Assembly (NCBI GenBank): GCA_021613535.1
Contig: CP075492.1
Coordinates: 14,643,205-14,707,204 of the forward strand
Direction: 5' to 3'
DNA from: Adineta vaga
Taxonomy: Eukaryota; Animalia; Rotifera
Length of the DNA stretch: 64,000 nucleotides
Shown one piece after another: positions 35,256 to 47,712 of this stretch. Made by a program: the position numbers and the translations under genes. The notes beneath the pieces are model-generated. The model made no database searches, was not told where the DNA came from, and worked only from the letters and a program-made list of their open reading frames with translations. Position 1 is the first letter of the stretch. Each line of letters begins with the position of its first letter.

Positions 35256-36388
35256 ATGGCAAATCTTGAAAATAAGGACGACTTTTCCAATTCATCATCA
35301 TTGCTTGTTATATCAAATCCTCCAATCCTTGTATTTTTGTATCGGTATGGATTGAGTTTCATCTTTTTCTTAGGTTTTATCGGTAATCTAGCAAGTGTAG
35401 TAACATTTCTACAACCAACATTACGTGTTACTTCGACTAGTTGTCTTTTCTTGATTTTGGCGATACTTGATACGATCTTTTTAATCGTATCGATTTTTGA
35501 TTATGTTGAAGTTGGTTTGATTGAAAAACCCATATTAATGAATATCTACGATGTTCTATGTCGATTTCGTTGGTTTTCAAAAGGATTTATACAATTTTGT
35601 TCGGCTTGGATTTTAGTACTCATTGCAATAGATCGTTGGTTACGAACACGATATCCATTCAAAGCAAATACATGGTGTATACATCGAAATGTTGCTATAG
35701 TTGTTTCATTTATTCTTATCATTGGCATTGTTTTAAATGGCCATATGTTAAGTGTTCAACTCTTCGGTAGTTTAATGCCAGGTATTGCAACATCAGCATG
35801 TGGACCTGCAAAGTCTTCTAGTTCATATGCTAATTTTTATCTTTCTCAATGGCCTTTTCTTCAAGTATGAGCGGAGAGTAATTTCATTCTCGGACATAAT
35901 TTATTTATTTATATTTTAGGTCGTTTTTATTTCGTTGATTCCTGTTTGTATCATGCTTTTCTGTAGTTTTGATATTTATCGAATCATTCAAAAGAACAAA
36001 ACTCGTATTCAACCGAATCAAACAAATCAACAAAAATTACATCGTCATGAACGTTTGAATCGGCAAATGTTAATCTTAATGACAACAAGTATTTTTATCT
36101 TTTTCATTACAACATTGCCTGTCAGTCTTCGACGAATTCTCGCTGCATATGAAATATTAATTGGAAAGGAGAATAAGATACAGCAAATTGTTATTGATAC
36201 CGGTATCCTTACGATATTATTAACATTCAATTATGCAGTAAGTACATCTAAAATACATTAAAAATAAGTTAATCTGATGACTTATAATTGAATAGATCAA
36301 CTTCTATATTCATTGTTTAACATCAAACTTATTTCGCAATGAATTTCTTCAATGTTTAAAATTCATCTTTCGAACCATGAAGTATTAG
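35256..36388 (+). CDS. Rhodopsin-like 7TM receptor (GPCR), 3 exons; paralog of 24362-25788
   Basis: Exons are join(35256..35864,35920..36237,36296..36388), with GTATGA and GTAAGT donors and introns of 55 and 58 nt. It has the DRY-like motif AIDRWLRTRYPF. The terminal exon encodes INFYIHCLTSNLFRNEFLQCLKF. Confidence 0.75.
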
Positions 36389-36826
36389 TGAACAATAGTA
36401 CAACTGGAAATCCTCGTACTTGAATGACGGCTAATAAGAATGAACTTTCTTCTTGTAGAACGCTTGATTGCAAAGCAGTTCACACGTAAGTTTCAATAGA
36501 ACATGAAACAAATCAAACAGTGCTGTGTGTATCTATTTAAATAAAGAGAGAATACATCTTTGAATATTTATCGAGTTCGTATACTTGTATTGATAAACAA
36601 CCTATTCATCACATTTTACCTGCATATTTGATTGACAGAATAAATCATATTCGTCGTTTTATGAATAGATATCAATTCATTATCACAATGAAGCTTTCTT
36701 TCTTTTTCTACATACGCCATCCAAACATTCTATCTACTGAAATAAGTATAAAGAGACGAAGCACTCAATAATTACCAAGATTAAAGAGTAAACGATTGCA
36801 TTTTCAAATTGTATATTGCAACAGAC

Positions 36827-37945
36827 ATGATGATTTCTTCGTTTCTTGTCGTCTTCTTCTTCTTATTGAATCAATGTAGTTCATATCCGCAATTTGCTTT
36901 AAAGTTACAACCCGATGCATTACATCCTTTTCAAGAACCAGGCCCATTTGATATTCGTGGTCCATGTCCAGGTTTAAATACAGCTGCCAATCATGGTTAT
37001 ATTAGTCGTAATGGTATCACAACATTTGCAGAATTAGTTCAAATGCAGCAAGAGTTATATAATGTTGGTCTTGATTTAGCTCTTCTTTTAGCTACTATTG
37101 GTGTTGCTCTCGATGGTGATATCATTACAGGTAAATTATCGATTGGAAAAGAATCAACAGCTGTTCCAGGACTTCTACGTACACCAGGTGGATTAAATGC
37201 ACATAATAAATTTGAAGGTGATACTTCATTGACACGAAATGATTATTACTTAGCTAATGGAGATAATTTCAAATTTAACGGAACTTTATACGGAATGATG
37301 TTTGCTGAAGCACAAAATAATGGTGGCTTATATAATTGGAAAACAATGGCTGACTATCGTTATAAACGTTATCAACAATCATTAGCAGAAAATGGACAGT
37401 TTCTTTTTCCTCCCCAAGCTATTTTACTTTATGGAGCTGCAACATTTCTTTATGAGTTATTTCCAAATGGAACAGATAAATTACCTACAGAAACGGTGAT
37501 TTCGTCTTTTTTTGGTGCAAAACAAACAGAAAATGGAAAATGGGAAGCAGTATCGGAAAAAATTCCTTCAAATTGGTATAGAAGAGAAACACCATTTACT
37601 TTAGTTGATATTGCTATTCAAGTATTAAAACTGTATTTAGAACATATAGCTTTATTTGGAGGTAATACTGGTCGACCGAATTCATTTATTCTTGATCCTT
37701 TCCAATTAACATTGGATAAACAAAATATTAATGGAATTTTGTGTCTTCTATATCAAACAGTTTTATCTGTTGTACCATCACAAGTAGAAACACTGATTAC
37801 TTCACCTGTAGCTATACTCAATTTTTTAATAGCAAAGTTAGATCCAATATTTGGTGTACAATTTGGATGTCCATCGACTAGTTTTGATCAAGCAGTACCT
37901 ACACCATTAGAAAATATTGTCAAAAAAACAATTCTTCGTCGTTAA
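36827..37945 (+). CDS. Heme-thiolate peroxidase / unspecific peroxygenase (chloroperoxidase-like, fungal type), secreted, single exon
   Basis: A signal peptide is followed by the diagnostic PCP motif, RGPCPGLNTAANHGYISRNG (Cys codon 36965-36967), with acidic residues downstream (EHD region). It is intronless, and the first ATG is at 36827. Confidence 0.85.
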   Translation: MMISSFLVVFFFLLNQCSSYPQFALKLQPDALHPFQEPGPFDIRGPCPGLNTAANHGYISRNGITTFAELVQMQQELYNVGLDLALLLATIGVALDGDIITGKLSIGKESTAVPGLLRTPGGLNAHNKFEGDTSLTRNDYYLANGDNFKFNGTLYGMMFAEAQNNGGLYNWKTMADYRYKRYQQSLAENGQFLFPPQAILLYGAATFLYELFPNGTDKLPTETVISSFFGAKQTENGKWEAVSEKIPSNWYRRETPFTLVDIAIQVLKLYLEHIALFGGNTGRPNSFILDPFQLTLDKQNINGILCLLYQTVLSVVPSQVETLITSPVAILNFLIAKLDPIFGVQFGCPSTSFDQAVPTPLENIVKKTILRR

Positions 37946-38658
37946 TTTCAATGACATAACTGACATTGAAACTACAGTAGAATTTTTCTTAATCATTGCT
38001 TTCAAATAAATCTTTCTTTTTAAAACTTCACTCATACTCTCAAGTTAGTTGTTGCTAGTTGAAATGAAACATTTAAGTCACTGAGAAATGACAGTTTCAT
38101 CGCAATCGAATGATGGTTCGAGCAAATCTAAAGCAGCTGTTCCAGCAAATGTCACATAGTATCAATTTTAGTGCTCTTGCCAATTCATCGTAACGTAATA
38201 TGCATGTTCATACCCATACTATGAGATAGCTGTACTATGCCACTTGGCAGATTATTTGCAATCCATCGATAGGCAATAATAAAAATTTGATCTGTACTAC
38301 TGAAACTAAACATTACATCGGTACTAGTTCACGCATTTCTCGTCATCAGTATAACAATGATGCGAATAAAACGAAATGTTTTATCACAGTATTCGTTAAC
38401 TTGCGTTATCTGTTTACGACATATTGTATATATAGTTGGCTTGTATCAAGATTTTAAGTTTATTATAACATGAAAAAACGACCAAGAACGCTCGTAAAAT
38501 ATATCGATATAAGGTATGTCTGAGTACGAATATTCTTTACTTCTATATACAAGATTTATCTCCCTGTTTTGTTATCAGATCGAAAACGTTTGTCTTGAAA
38601 GATTGTTGTAAGAAAAGAAAGAAACGGATCATTTTCACTTTATCTATTAACAAAGAGA

Positions 38659-39818
38659 ATGTCGTTTTCTTTTATTGTCTTGATTCTATGTGCATGTATT
38701 CATTATGAAGTTCATGGTGTTCGTTGGACGGTTGAACAAGCCAATGCATGGTATGCTGAACAACCCTGGTATTTTGGTGCTAACTTTGTACCCTCAACGT
38801 CGGTAAATCAAATTGATATGTGGTTCACATTTGATACAACAACAATGCAACGCGAATTAGAATGGGCTGCTGGAATTAATATGAATATAATGCGTGTCTT
38901 TCTTCATGTTCTTTTTTATCAAGAGAATCCTGAAGTTTTCTATAAGAAAATGGATGATTTTCTCGCTATAGCTGATCGACTTCATATTAAGATTGCTTTT
39001 GTTCTCTTCGATGAATGTTGGCGACCAGATCCGGCTCTTGGTATACAACCAGCTCCTATTCCAGGTGAACATAATTCTCAATGGGTGCGATGTCCAGGAC
39101 AGGATTGGTTACTGGATGAAACCAAATGGCCTTTTTTAAAAAAGTCAGTATAGGAAACTTAAAATTAAATGAATTATTTCTATATTAAATTAGGTATACA
39201 ATTGATATACTGACTCGTTTTTCCAACGATTCACGAGTCATTTTCTGGGATCTATACAATGAACCACAATGTAGTAAACAAGTATCTACAGTCTTACCAT
39301 TACTTCGCGAAGTTTACGCTGCTGCTTTAGAAGCGAATCCTCGTCAACCTCTAACCTTTGGTATTTTACCTGAACCATTAAATGTTTCATTATCTGTATT
39401 TGAATTGGAATCTTCCGATATCATTACATTTCATAGTTATGAATCTTTATCTGGTACGATGAATCAAGTTGCTGAACTTCGTAAATTCAATCGACCATTA
39501 ATTTGTACTGAATACATGGCACGTACAGCTGGTAGTACTTTTCATACACATACTCGTTTTTTTCATCAGGAAAAAATCGGTGCCATCAATTGGGGACTCG
39601 TAGCTGGTAAAAGTCAAACATATTTTCCATGGGGATCACCTGTTAATGCACCAACACCACTTGTATGGTTTCATGATATCTTCAATGCTAGTGGTATACC
39701 TTATTCATCTTATGAAATTCAATTTTTTAAAGATTTAGGTGGATCTACTTCAACAAGATCTGCTTCCAATAGAATTACTATATTCTCTCTTGTTTTTTTC
39801 TTTACTCTGATTGCATAA
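38659..39818 (+). CDS. Glycoside hydrolase, GH5-like (clan GH-A TIM barrel), secreted with GPI-anchor-like C-terminus, 2 exons
   Basis: Exons are join(38659..39143,39194..39818), with a GTCAGT donor and a 50 nt intron. It has a signal peptide, the acid/base motif VIFWDLYNEP, and the nucleophile motif LICTEYM. The C-terminus is S-rich followed by the hydrophobic tail ITIFSLVFFFTLIA. Confidence 0.75.
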
Positions 39819-40098
39819 AATATATTCAAAGAAAATGTATCTCTATGTCCAAAGAATTTTCATTATTAATTCACTCATTGAGAACTATCGACACATGTCC
39901 TTGCTCACCATTCACTCATTATTCGGTAAATTATACTTCTCCGCATCCTATTCATAGAAGAGAAGAAGAAAAATTCATTTTCATGTCTAATATAATTGAA
40001 TACCTTGATCAATGTACGTGTAATTCGATTTTTTTCATGCAATTGAATATTTGTCTATATTAATTTGTACTTGAAATCGTTTCTCATCATTCTTCTCA

Positions 40099-41611
40099 AT
40101 GACGACGAAAAATAATAAAATGCATTGTTTCAATTGTGGCAAAGAACGAGCCATATCCAAATGTACTGGATGTTTAAAAGATTATTGTTATTTTCATTTA
40201 ACTGCACATCGACGAGAATTAGATCGACAATTTGATCATATCGAACGAAATCGTGATATATTCAAACAGGATCTTAATGAACAAATACATCATTATAATC
40301 AAGATTTTCTTATGAAACAAATCAATCAATGGGAGGAAGATTCAATAAAACTAATACAACAAGTAGCTGATGAATGTCGAAATATTTTAATACATCATCG
40401 ACAACAATATTATGAAAAAATCAAATTAAATCTAAAAACTTTCACTGAACAAGTAAGCGAGATTCGACAAACACATGATTTTAATGAAATTGATTTAAAT
40501 CGATTTAAAGACAAATTTAAACAAATTCAACAACAACTTCATCCACCAATGAATCTTTCTCTTCAACATGAATCATGCATACCACTTGTACACAAAATTT
40601 CTCTTGTTATATCATCTGGTAAGACAAATACATTGAGTTTTATTGAGTCTATTGTTTGTTTTTTTCTTCTATTCAGGACAATCTATTTCCCCAAAGAATA
40701 TTGATAATAATACGAAATGGAAACAAAATGGAATAACAATTGCTGGTGGAAATGATGGAGATCATCAAATGAATCAACTTTGTTTTCCTCAAGGAATTTG
40801 TATTGATTATGATAATGATGATTTAATCTATATAGCTGATTATGAAAATCATCGTATTATTGAATGGAAATGTGGAGAAGCTCATGGAGAAACGATTGCT
40901 GGTGGAAATGGACGAGGATATCGTATTGATCAATTGAATAGTCCAACAGATGTGATTATTGATCGTAGAACAGATTCATTAATTATTTCGGATGCAGGAA
41001 ATCGACGGATAGTTCAATGGTCTCGTCTTAATCGAACATATTTACAAACACTTGTCTCTGATATCGATTGTATTGGTGTAACAATAGATAATCATGGAGA
41101 TTTGTATGTATCAGATTATATGAAGAATGAAGTTAAACGTTGGAAACAAGGTGAAATATGTGGAATAGTCGTTGCTGGTGGCCATGGAAAAGGAGATGCA
41201 CTAAATCAATTGAGTTGTGCAACTCATATTTTTGTTGATGATGATTATTCTGTGTATATTTCGGATTGTAATAATAATCGTGTCATGAAATGGATAAAAG
41301 ATGCTCAAGAAGGTATTATTGTTGCTGGAGGACATGGATTAGGAGATGATTTAAATCAAATATGTCTTCCTCAAGGATTAGTTATTGATCATTTGGGAAA
41401 TCTTTATGTTGCAGATTCATTAAATCATCGAATTATGAGATGGTTAAAAGATGCAGAAGAAGGTTCGATAATTCTTGGTGGAAATGGAGAAGGAAATGAA
41501 ATGAATCAATTCAATTGTACTGTAAGTTTAGTATTTGATCGACATGGAAATCTCTTTATTGTTGATTATAATAATCATCGAGTACAAAAATTTGATATTG
41601 AATCGAACTAA
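40099..41611 (+). CDS. B-box zinc finger / coiled-coil / NHL-repeat protein (TRIM-NHL-like without RING), 2 exons
   Basis: Exons are join(40099..40618,40677..41611), with a GTAAGA donor and a 58 nt intron. The B-box is CFNCGKERAISKCTGCLKDYCYFHLTAH, followed by a coiled coil and six NHL blades (NHRIIEW, NRRIVQW, NNRVMKW, NHRIMRW, NHRVQKF). Confidence 0.8.
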
Positions 41612-42225
41612 AACATATTTTTATGTTTATATAATTTTTATTGAAATGATTATTTTTTGAATAAAATTGAACATTCTCTTTTCATTATATAGGCAACTGT
41701 CAACTCCGTTGATTTATTATCTACCTCTAATATCTGACTTTTTCTTTTCGTTTTTCTCTACTTAATCAAAACAAATCAAATTGTCAATGCATCGATAATC
41801 ATTACAGTGAAGTAAAATAATAAAATACATACATAACGTGGTAGAATATTCAATATTTATATTCAGCGTCTCTAATACTATTGACAGTTTGACATTTTTC
41901 ATGTAGGCATATCGATATTCTTATTTCTTCATCAATCATCGCATTGAATATTAAAAAAAACACAAGGTAAGTACTACTACTACTACCGTAAAAAATATAA
42001 GTGTGATTGTTTATGAATACCTGATATCTTGCCAATTATTTTGAGTAGGGTGATAATATAAGTGAATCGATAGTATGAATCTAATCTTTGTTTTTTTTAT
42101 TTGAAATAATATTAGAGAAAAGAAAGTCGTTTTCATTTTTGTCTTTAATCAATTTCATATCATTAGGTGATTCATTTATCTCAAAAGAACTGATTTCGTT
42201 GACTTGTCTCTTAACGTGGAACAGT

Positions 42226-45200
42226 ATGGCTTTAGATACAGAACAAAATAAGAATTCAATCGCAGATTTGAATAGTACTACTAGCGAAAAAGAAATGACG
42301 ATGCTTGAGACTACGTATGTTTTACTTTCTTATAATTAATTTCACTTATAATTTGTACGACAAACTTTTCATAGAAATTTTGATGATAGATTAGGAACGA
42401 AATTCACCCTCGTAGCTATTTTAACATCCTGTGTATTCTGTGGCATTGCCATGTTTATTGGTATTCTCGTCATTTGTCTAACTACTTCCGAAAAACCAAG
42501 TAATTCATCTTTTTTTCAACTCCTTTTCTGGACATTTAGTAATAATATATTTACTTCTTTAGTACCAAAATGTACTTTAAATTTTGCTCCAACAATGACG
42601 AATCCAATTGAATACAATTATCGTCCACGATCTGTTGCCGTCGGTGATTTCAATCAGGATAATATATTGGATCTTGCTGTTGCTAATTCAGCTGTTGACA
42701 CTATTGTTATTTTCCTTCGACATGAAAATGGTAGTATAGAAAGTCCAATCACTGTTTCAGATGAATCTAATTCTATTCCATATATGCTCGCGGTTAATGA
42801 CTTGAATAACGACAATCGATTAGATATTGCAGTAGCAAACTATGGTACACATAGTATAGGTATTTTCTTCGGACTTGGAAACGGATCCTTTGAGAATTTT
42901 ACAATACTTTCTACGGGTACATCACGTCCTATTTCAATTCTTATAAATGATTTCAATAACGATACATTACTGGATATTGTTACTGTTAATTACGGTACCG
43001 ATAGTATAAACATCTATTTTGGGTACGGAAATGGTACCTTCTCATCACCTGTCACATACTGGCTAGGTTACGATTCTTTGCCATATGCAGTTGCAGCAGA
43101 AGATTTTAATAATGACACACAAATCGATTTAGTTATTGCTAATCATGGTACTAATAGTATCGTTATAATCTTTGGAGATATGAACGGCAATTTCATTAAA
43201 AGAACAACAATTTCTACAGGCTTGAATTCGCATCCCTATTCGATTGCAGTTAGCGATTTAGATAATAACAATTTGTTGGATATTGTCGTTGCTAATTATG
43301 GTACGAACAGTATAGGTATATTTCTTAACTATGGAAATGGATTCTTTTCAAAACAAAATACATATTCATTGGGTACTGCTTCACCATGTTGCATTAGTAT
43401 TGGTGATTTGAATAATGATCATCAAATGGATATTATTGTTACTAATCAAGGTGTTGATAATGTTGCTGTTTTTATTGGCTATGGTAATGGTACTTTTACA
43501 GATCCAAAAATGTATTCAACTGGTTCATTATCTACAATCTCACTTGCTACAGGTCATTTTAATAGTGATAATCGATTAGATATTGTAATCGTTAATAATG
43601 ATACGAATAGTATAAATATTCTATTTGGTTATTATGATGCGTTTCCAATTCAGCAGAAGTTTTCAGCGGGTCCTTCATCGTATTCAATAGATGTGGGTGA
43701 TTTTGATAACAACAATGAACTAGATTTTGTGACTAGTGATCAATTTGATGGAACGATACGCGTCTTCTTAGGACAAGGTGATGGTTCTTTTATACAGAAA
43801 ATCACTAAACTATTCAACTATTATCTGTTTTCTTTGTCTGTTGGTCATTTTAATAACGATGGAAGATTGGATATTGTCGTCACTGATTCTTTCGATAATC
43901 AAGTAACGATCCTTCTTGGACTTGGTGATGGATATTTTGAAGAGCCAAAGAAATATTCCGTTGGTAATGCTCCGTTCTTTCTAACTGTCAGTGATTTAAA
44001 TAAGGATACATATATGGATATAATTATCGCTAATGTGAATAGCAATGATATAACTGTACTTTACGGCTATGGCAATGGTTCTTTCAGAAATGACACCAGA
44101 TATAAAATGGGATCAGTACCGCAATCGGTAGTTGTTAATGATTTCAATAATGATACTCATCTAGATTTAGTCATTGTTAATGGTGGTAACGAAAGTGTGA
44201 GCATTCTACTTGGTTATAGCAACGGTACTTTTTCTGAAGAAACACGATACTCTGTTGGTTCTAATCCGTATAATGGAGCTGTTGGTGATTTTAACAATGA
44301 TAAACGACTAGATATTGTTGTTTGTAATGCAGGTAGTAACGATATAAGTATCTTACTTGGAAATGGTGATGGTTCTTTTCTGAAACAAATGAATTATGCA
44401 ACTGGTGATAGTCCTCGATCTTTAGCTATTGCTGATGTCAATAACGATGCTCGACAGGATATTATCGTTGTTAATACTGATGGTAATACAGTAGGTATTT
44501 ATCTTGGATATGGTAATGGTTCTTTTGAAAATCCCATGATCTACTTGCCTGGTTCTATGCCGCGATGTGTAGCTGTCGGCGATTTTAATTATGACGGTCG
44601 AATAGATATCGTAGTTGGTAATCTAAACGATAATCTAGTAACAGTATTATTTGGTTACGATCGTGGAGCTCTGGAAAACAGAGTAGCTTTCGCATCGGGT
44701 GAAGCTTCACGTTTACAATATGCTGCTGCGGGTTATTTCAATGATGATACATGGCTTGATCTTATTGTTGCTAATTATGGTACTAATGATATAGGTATTA
44801 TGTTCGGTCATGGAAATGGTACATTTGAACGTCAACTATTAATTCCAACAGGTTTAAACTCTGCTCCCAAATCAATCGCTATTCAAGATTTTAATAATGA
44901 CGGTCAACTAGATATTGCAGTAGCGAATTATGGTACTAATAATTTAGCTATGCTACTTGGTGATGGAAAAGGAATGTTTACAAATCAAGCAAATTATGAC
45001 AATAATATGAAGTATCCTCCAGCAACTATTATTGCTGCTGATTTCAACAATAATAAACGATCTGAAATTGTAGTCACATATGATAATACGGACAATATAG
45101 ATATATTTATTTCGTATGATACAGGAACTTTTATTTACGACAATTCTTATACAGTTGGTGTGCTTCCACAATATGCCGCTATTGGTGATTTTAATAATGA

Positions 45201-46758
45201 TATGCAACCCGATATTGTTGTTACTAATATGTGGGATGGTACGATCAGTATACTTCTCGGTTACAAAAACGGTACTTTTGCGAAACAAACTATATATTCA
45301 AGTGATTGGTATCCAATTTTTGTCGTTATAAATGATATCAATCAGGATACTATATTAGATATTATCGTTGTTAGTCGAGTTAAGGATACGGTAAATATTT
45401 TTCTCGGCAATGGAAACGGTACTTTTAGAAATCCAATTAAATATTCAACTGGTAGTGTACCATACTACATTGATGTTGGAGATTTCAATAACGATACATA
45501 TATAGACATTGTTACCAGCAATGCAAATAGTAATGATATGAGTATCTTATTAAATTATGGTAATGGTTCATTCAAAGATCAAATCAAATACACAACTGGT
45601 TCTCATCCTCAATCTATAATTGTCAGTGACATTAATAATGATCGACAACTCGATATCATTGTTGTCAATGAATTTGATAATGATCTCAGCATTTTTCTCG
45701 GTCATGGTAATGGATCTTTTCGAGAACAAATTCGATATTCAACTGGTACTAATCCAGTCTCACTTGTTATTGGTGATGTAAATAATGATACAAAATTAGA
45801 TATTGTTGTTTCTAATAGTGTTACTCATGATATAAGTGTTCTTATTGGATATGGTAATGGATCTTTTCAAAATCAAACAAGATATTCAACTGGTTCTCGT
45901 CCAGGATCATTAAGTATTGGTGATTTCAATAATGATACATTCCTCGATATTATCGTCACTCATTCAATTGCTAATAGTATAAGTGTTTTTATCGGATATG
46001 GTAATGGCATTTTTGCATATCGAATTACATATTCAACGAATGCAGGTCCGAATTCTGTTGTTTTTGCAGATTTTAATAACGATCATCGAATAGATATTGC
46101 TATTGTTTGTAGTGGTTCATCTAAAATTGACGTACTCTTTGGAGATATCAGTCAGTCATTTGTAAAAAAGACAACATTGATTAATGATAATGGATCTCGA
46201 CCGAGATCACTAGTTGCAGGTGATTTTAATCATGACAATCAACTAGATATTGCAGTTGCAAATTCAGGTACTAATAATGTGGGTATCTTTTGGGGTCATG
46301 GAGATATTTCATTTACAAATCAATATATCATTTCAAGTAATTATTCTCCATGGTCTATAACTGTTGGTCATTTGAATAATGACACTCTATTAGATCTTGT
46401 CGTTGCCAATTATCATAACGATAGTATTGGTATATTTTTTGCATCTACAAATAACTCCTTTTCTACACAATACATATTTATAACGGGTTCGAAATCGAAA
46501 CCATATGCAACTGTTGTTGCGGATTTTAATAATGATAATAGACAAGACATTATTGTCGCCAATTATGGCAGTAATGATGTAGGTATTTTTCTTGGTGATG
46601 GTAGTGGTTCATTTGCAAGTATAATGATTATTCCCGTTGGTTACGGAACTCTTCCGTTTTCTATCATCGTTGGTTATTTTGATAATGATCCTAAATTGGA
46701 TTTTGCTGTTATCAATGAAGGCACTGATAATCTAAGAATTTTCTTACAAACATGTTAG
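42226..46758 (+). CDS. Giant FG-GAP/VCBS-repeat beta-propeller protein, predicted type II membrane protein (~1.46k aa), 2 exons
   Basis: Exons are join(42226..42314,42375..46758), with a GTATGT donor and a 60 nt intron. It has a short N-terminal cytoplasmic segment, a TM (FTLVAILTSCVFCGIAMFIGILVI), and about 28-29 tandem repeats of roughly 48 aa (DFNNDxxLDIVVANYGTNSIGILLGYGNGTF...Y..G..P), consistent with four 7-bladed propellers. Confidence 0.75.
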
Positions 46759-47397
46759 AAACTTATTGTCTGTTTTTTATTCCGAATAAATTGATTAAAT
46801 AAATTCACAAGTCAATGAAATTCATTGAAATTATTAGATAAAATATGCAGATATTGTTGACATCTCATAAAAGTGAGGGAATTTTTGTTATAATTATTCG
46901 TATTTTGAGTCACGCATAGTACTTAAAAACGAAATAGATTATTGTCATTAATTGATTGAAGTCTTTTAGTCGGAAAATGAGGGGTTAGAATATAAATACT
47001 CTGTTGATACATCGAAACCTATACTCGCACACTCACCTTTATATCATAACAATACGGTCACGTGTTTTTTCTTTGTTTTCTTAATCGCAGTCAGTCATGT
47101 TACATATTCAAGTATCGAAGACATCATAATGGCTTTATTATATAACTAGTATACTCGCTCTTAATAATCGACAGAAATATTAAGTATGTATCGTGAAAAT
47201 GATTTGAAACTAATTTGTTTTTTACAGTGAATAAGAGATATTAAATGAAAGATCTCTAAATTTTATATGGATCTACTTTTTTAGTTTATGAATGATTAAA
47301 GACTCTCGTTAACAAACCAAAAAATTTTGCAAAACATTTGAATCTCTTCAAAAGAATTATTAGGCATTATAATTAATGAATTGTTTTTCTTGTAGAG

Positions 47398-47712
47398 ATG
47401 TCAAAGATAAACATACAAATCGGCAACGATTTAATTAAAGGAAAATCCGTTGGATCGAATCACTGGCAATTCTGGTTCAATGGAAAACAGTTTAGTATTG
47501 ATTCTCCCGATGCAAAATACGATACTATTGAAATACTAACAGACGGAGCTATTACTCTACAAGGAAAACAAATTCATGGAAATGTATGGAAAGCAGAACA
47601 TTCATTTTATGGATCTTCAGCATGGGGTACTATTTTTATACGATATACTTTAGAATTCAATACGGAATCAATGAAAACAACTGTACAAAGTGAAACAAAT
47701 GTTGATGCATAA
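47398..47712 (+). CDS. Small Cys-free hypothetical protein (104 aa), beta-rich
   Basis: ORF from the ATG at 47398, with no signal peptide and W/G/Y-rich segments (HWQFWFNGKQFSID, GNVWKAEHSFYGSSAWGTIFIRYTLEF). No family is recognised. Confidence 0.35.
   Translation: MSKINIQIGNDLIKGKSVGSNHWQFWFNGKQFSIDSPDAKYDTIEILTDGAITLQGKQIHGNVWKAEHSFYGSSAWGTIFIRYTLEFNTESMKTTVQSETNVDA

Noticed and set aside
44953-45288. Antisense or out-of-frame ORFs inside large genes (e.g. 44953-45288, 8884-9156, 1512-1730, 20217-20426, 58086-58515, 61812-62024)
   Set aside because: They are nested in, or antisense to, much longer ORFs with clear homology. They are low-complexity, AT-codon-driven reading frames.
42375-46758. 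A CRISPR-like or tandem DNA repeat array, suggested by the strong roughly 144 nt periodicity
   Set aside because: The periodicity is that of in-frame 48-codon FG-GAP protein repeats within one long ORF. There are no short direct repeats with unique spacers.
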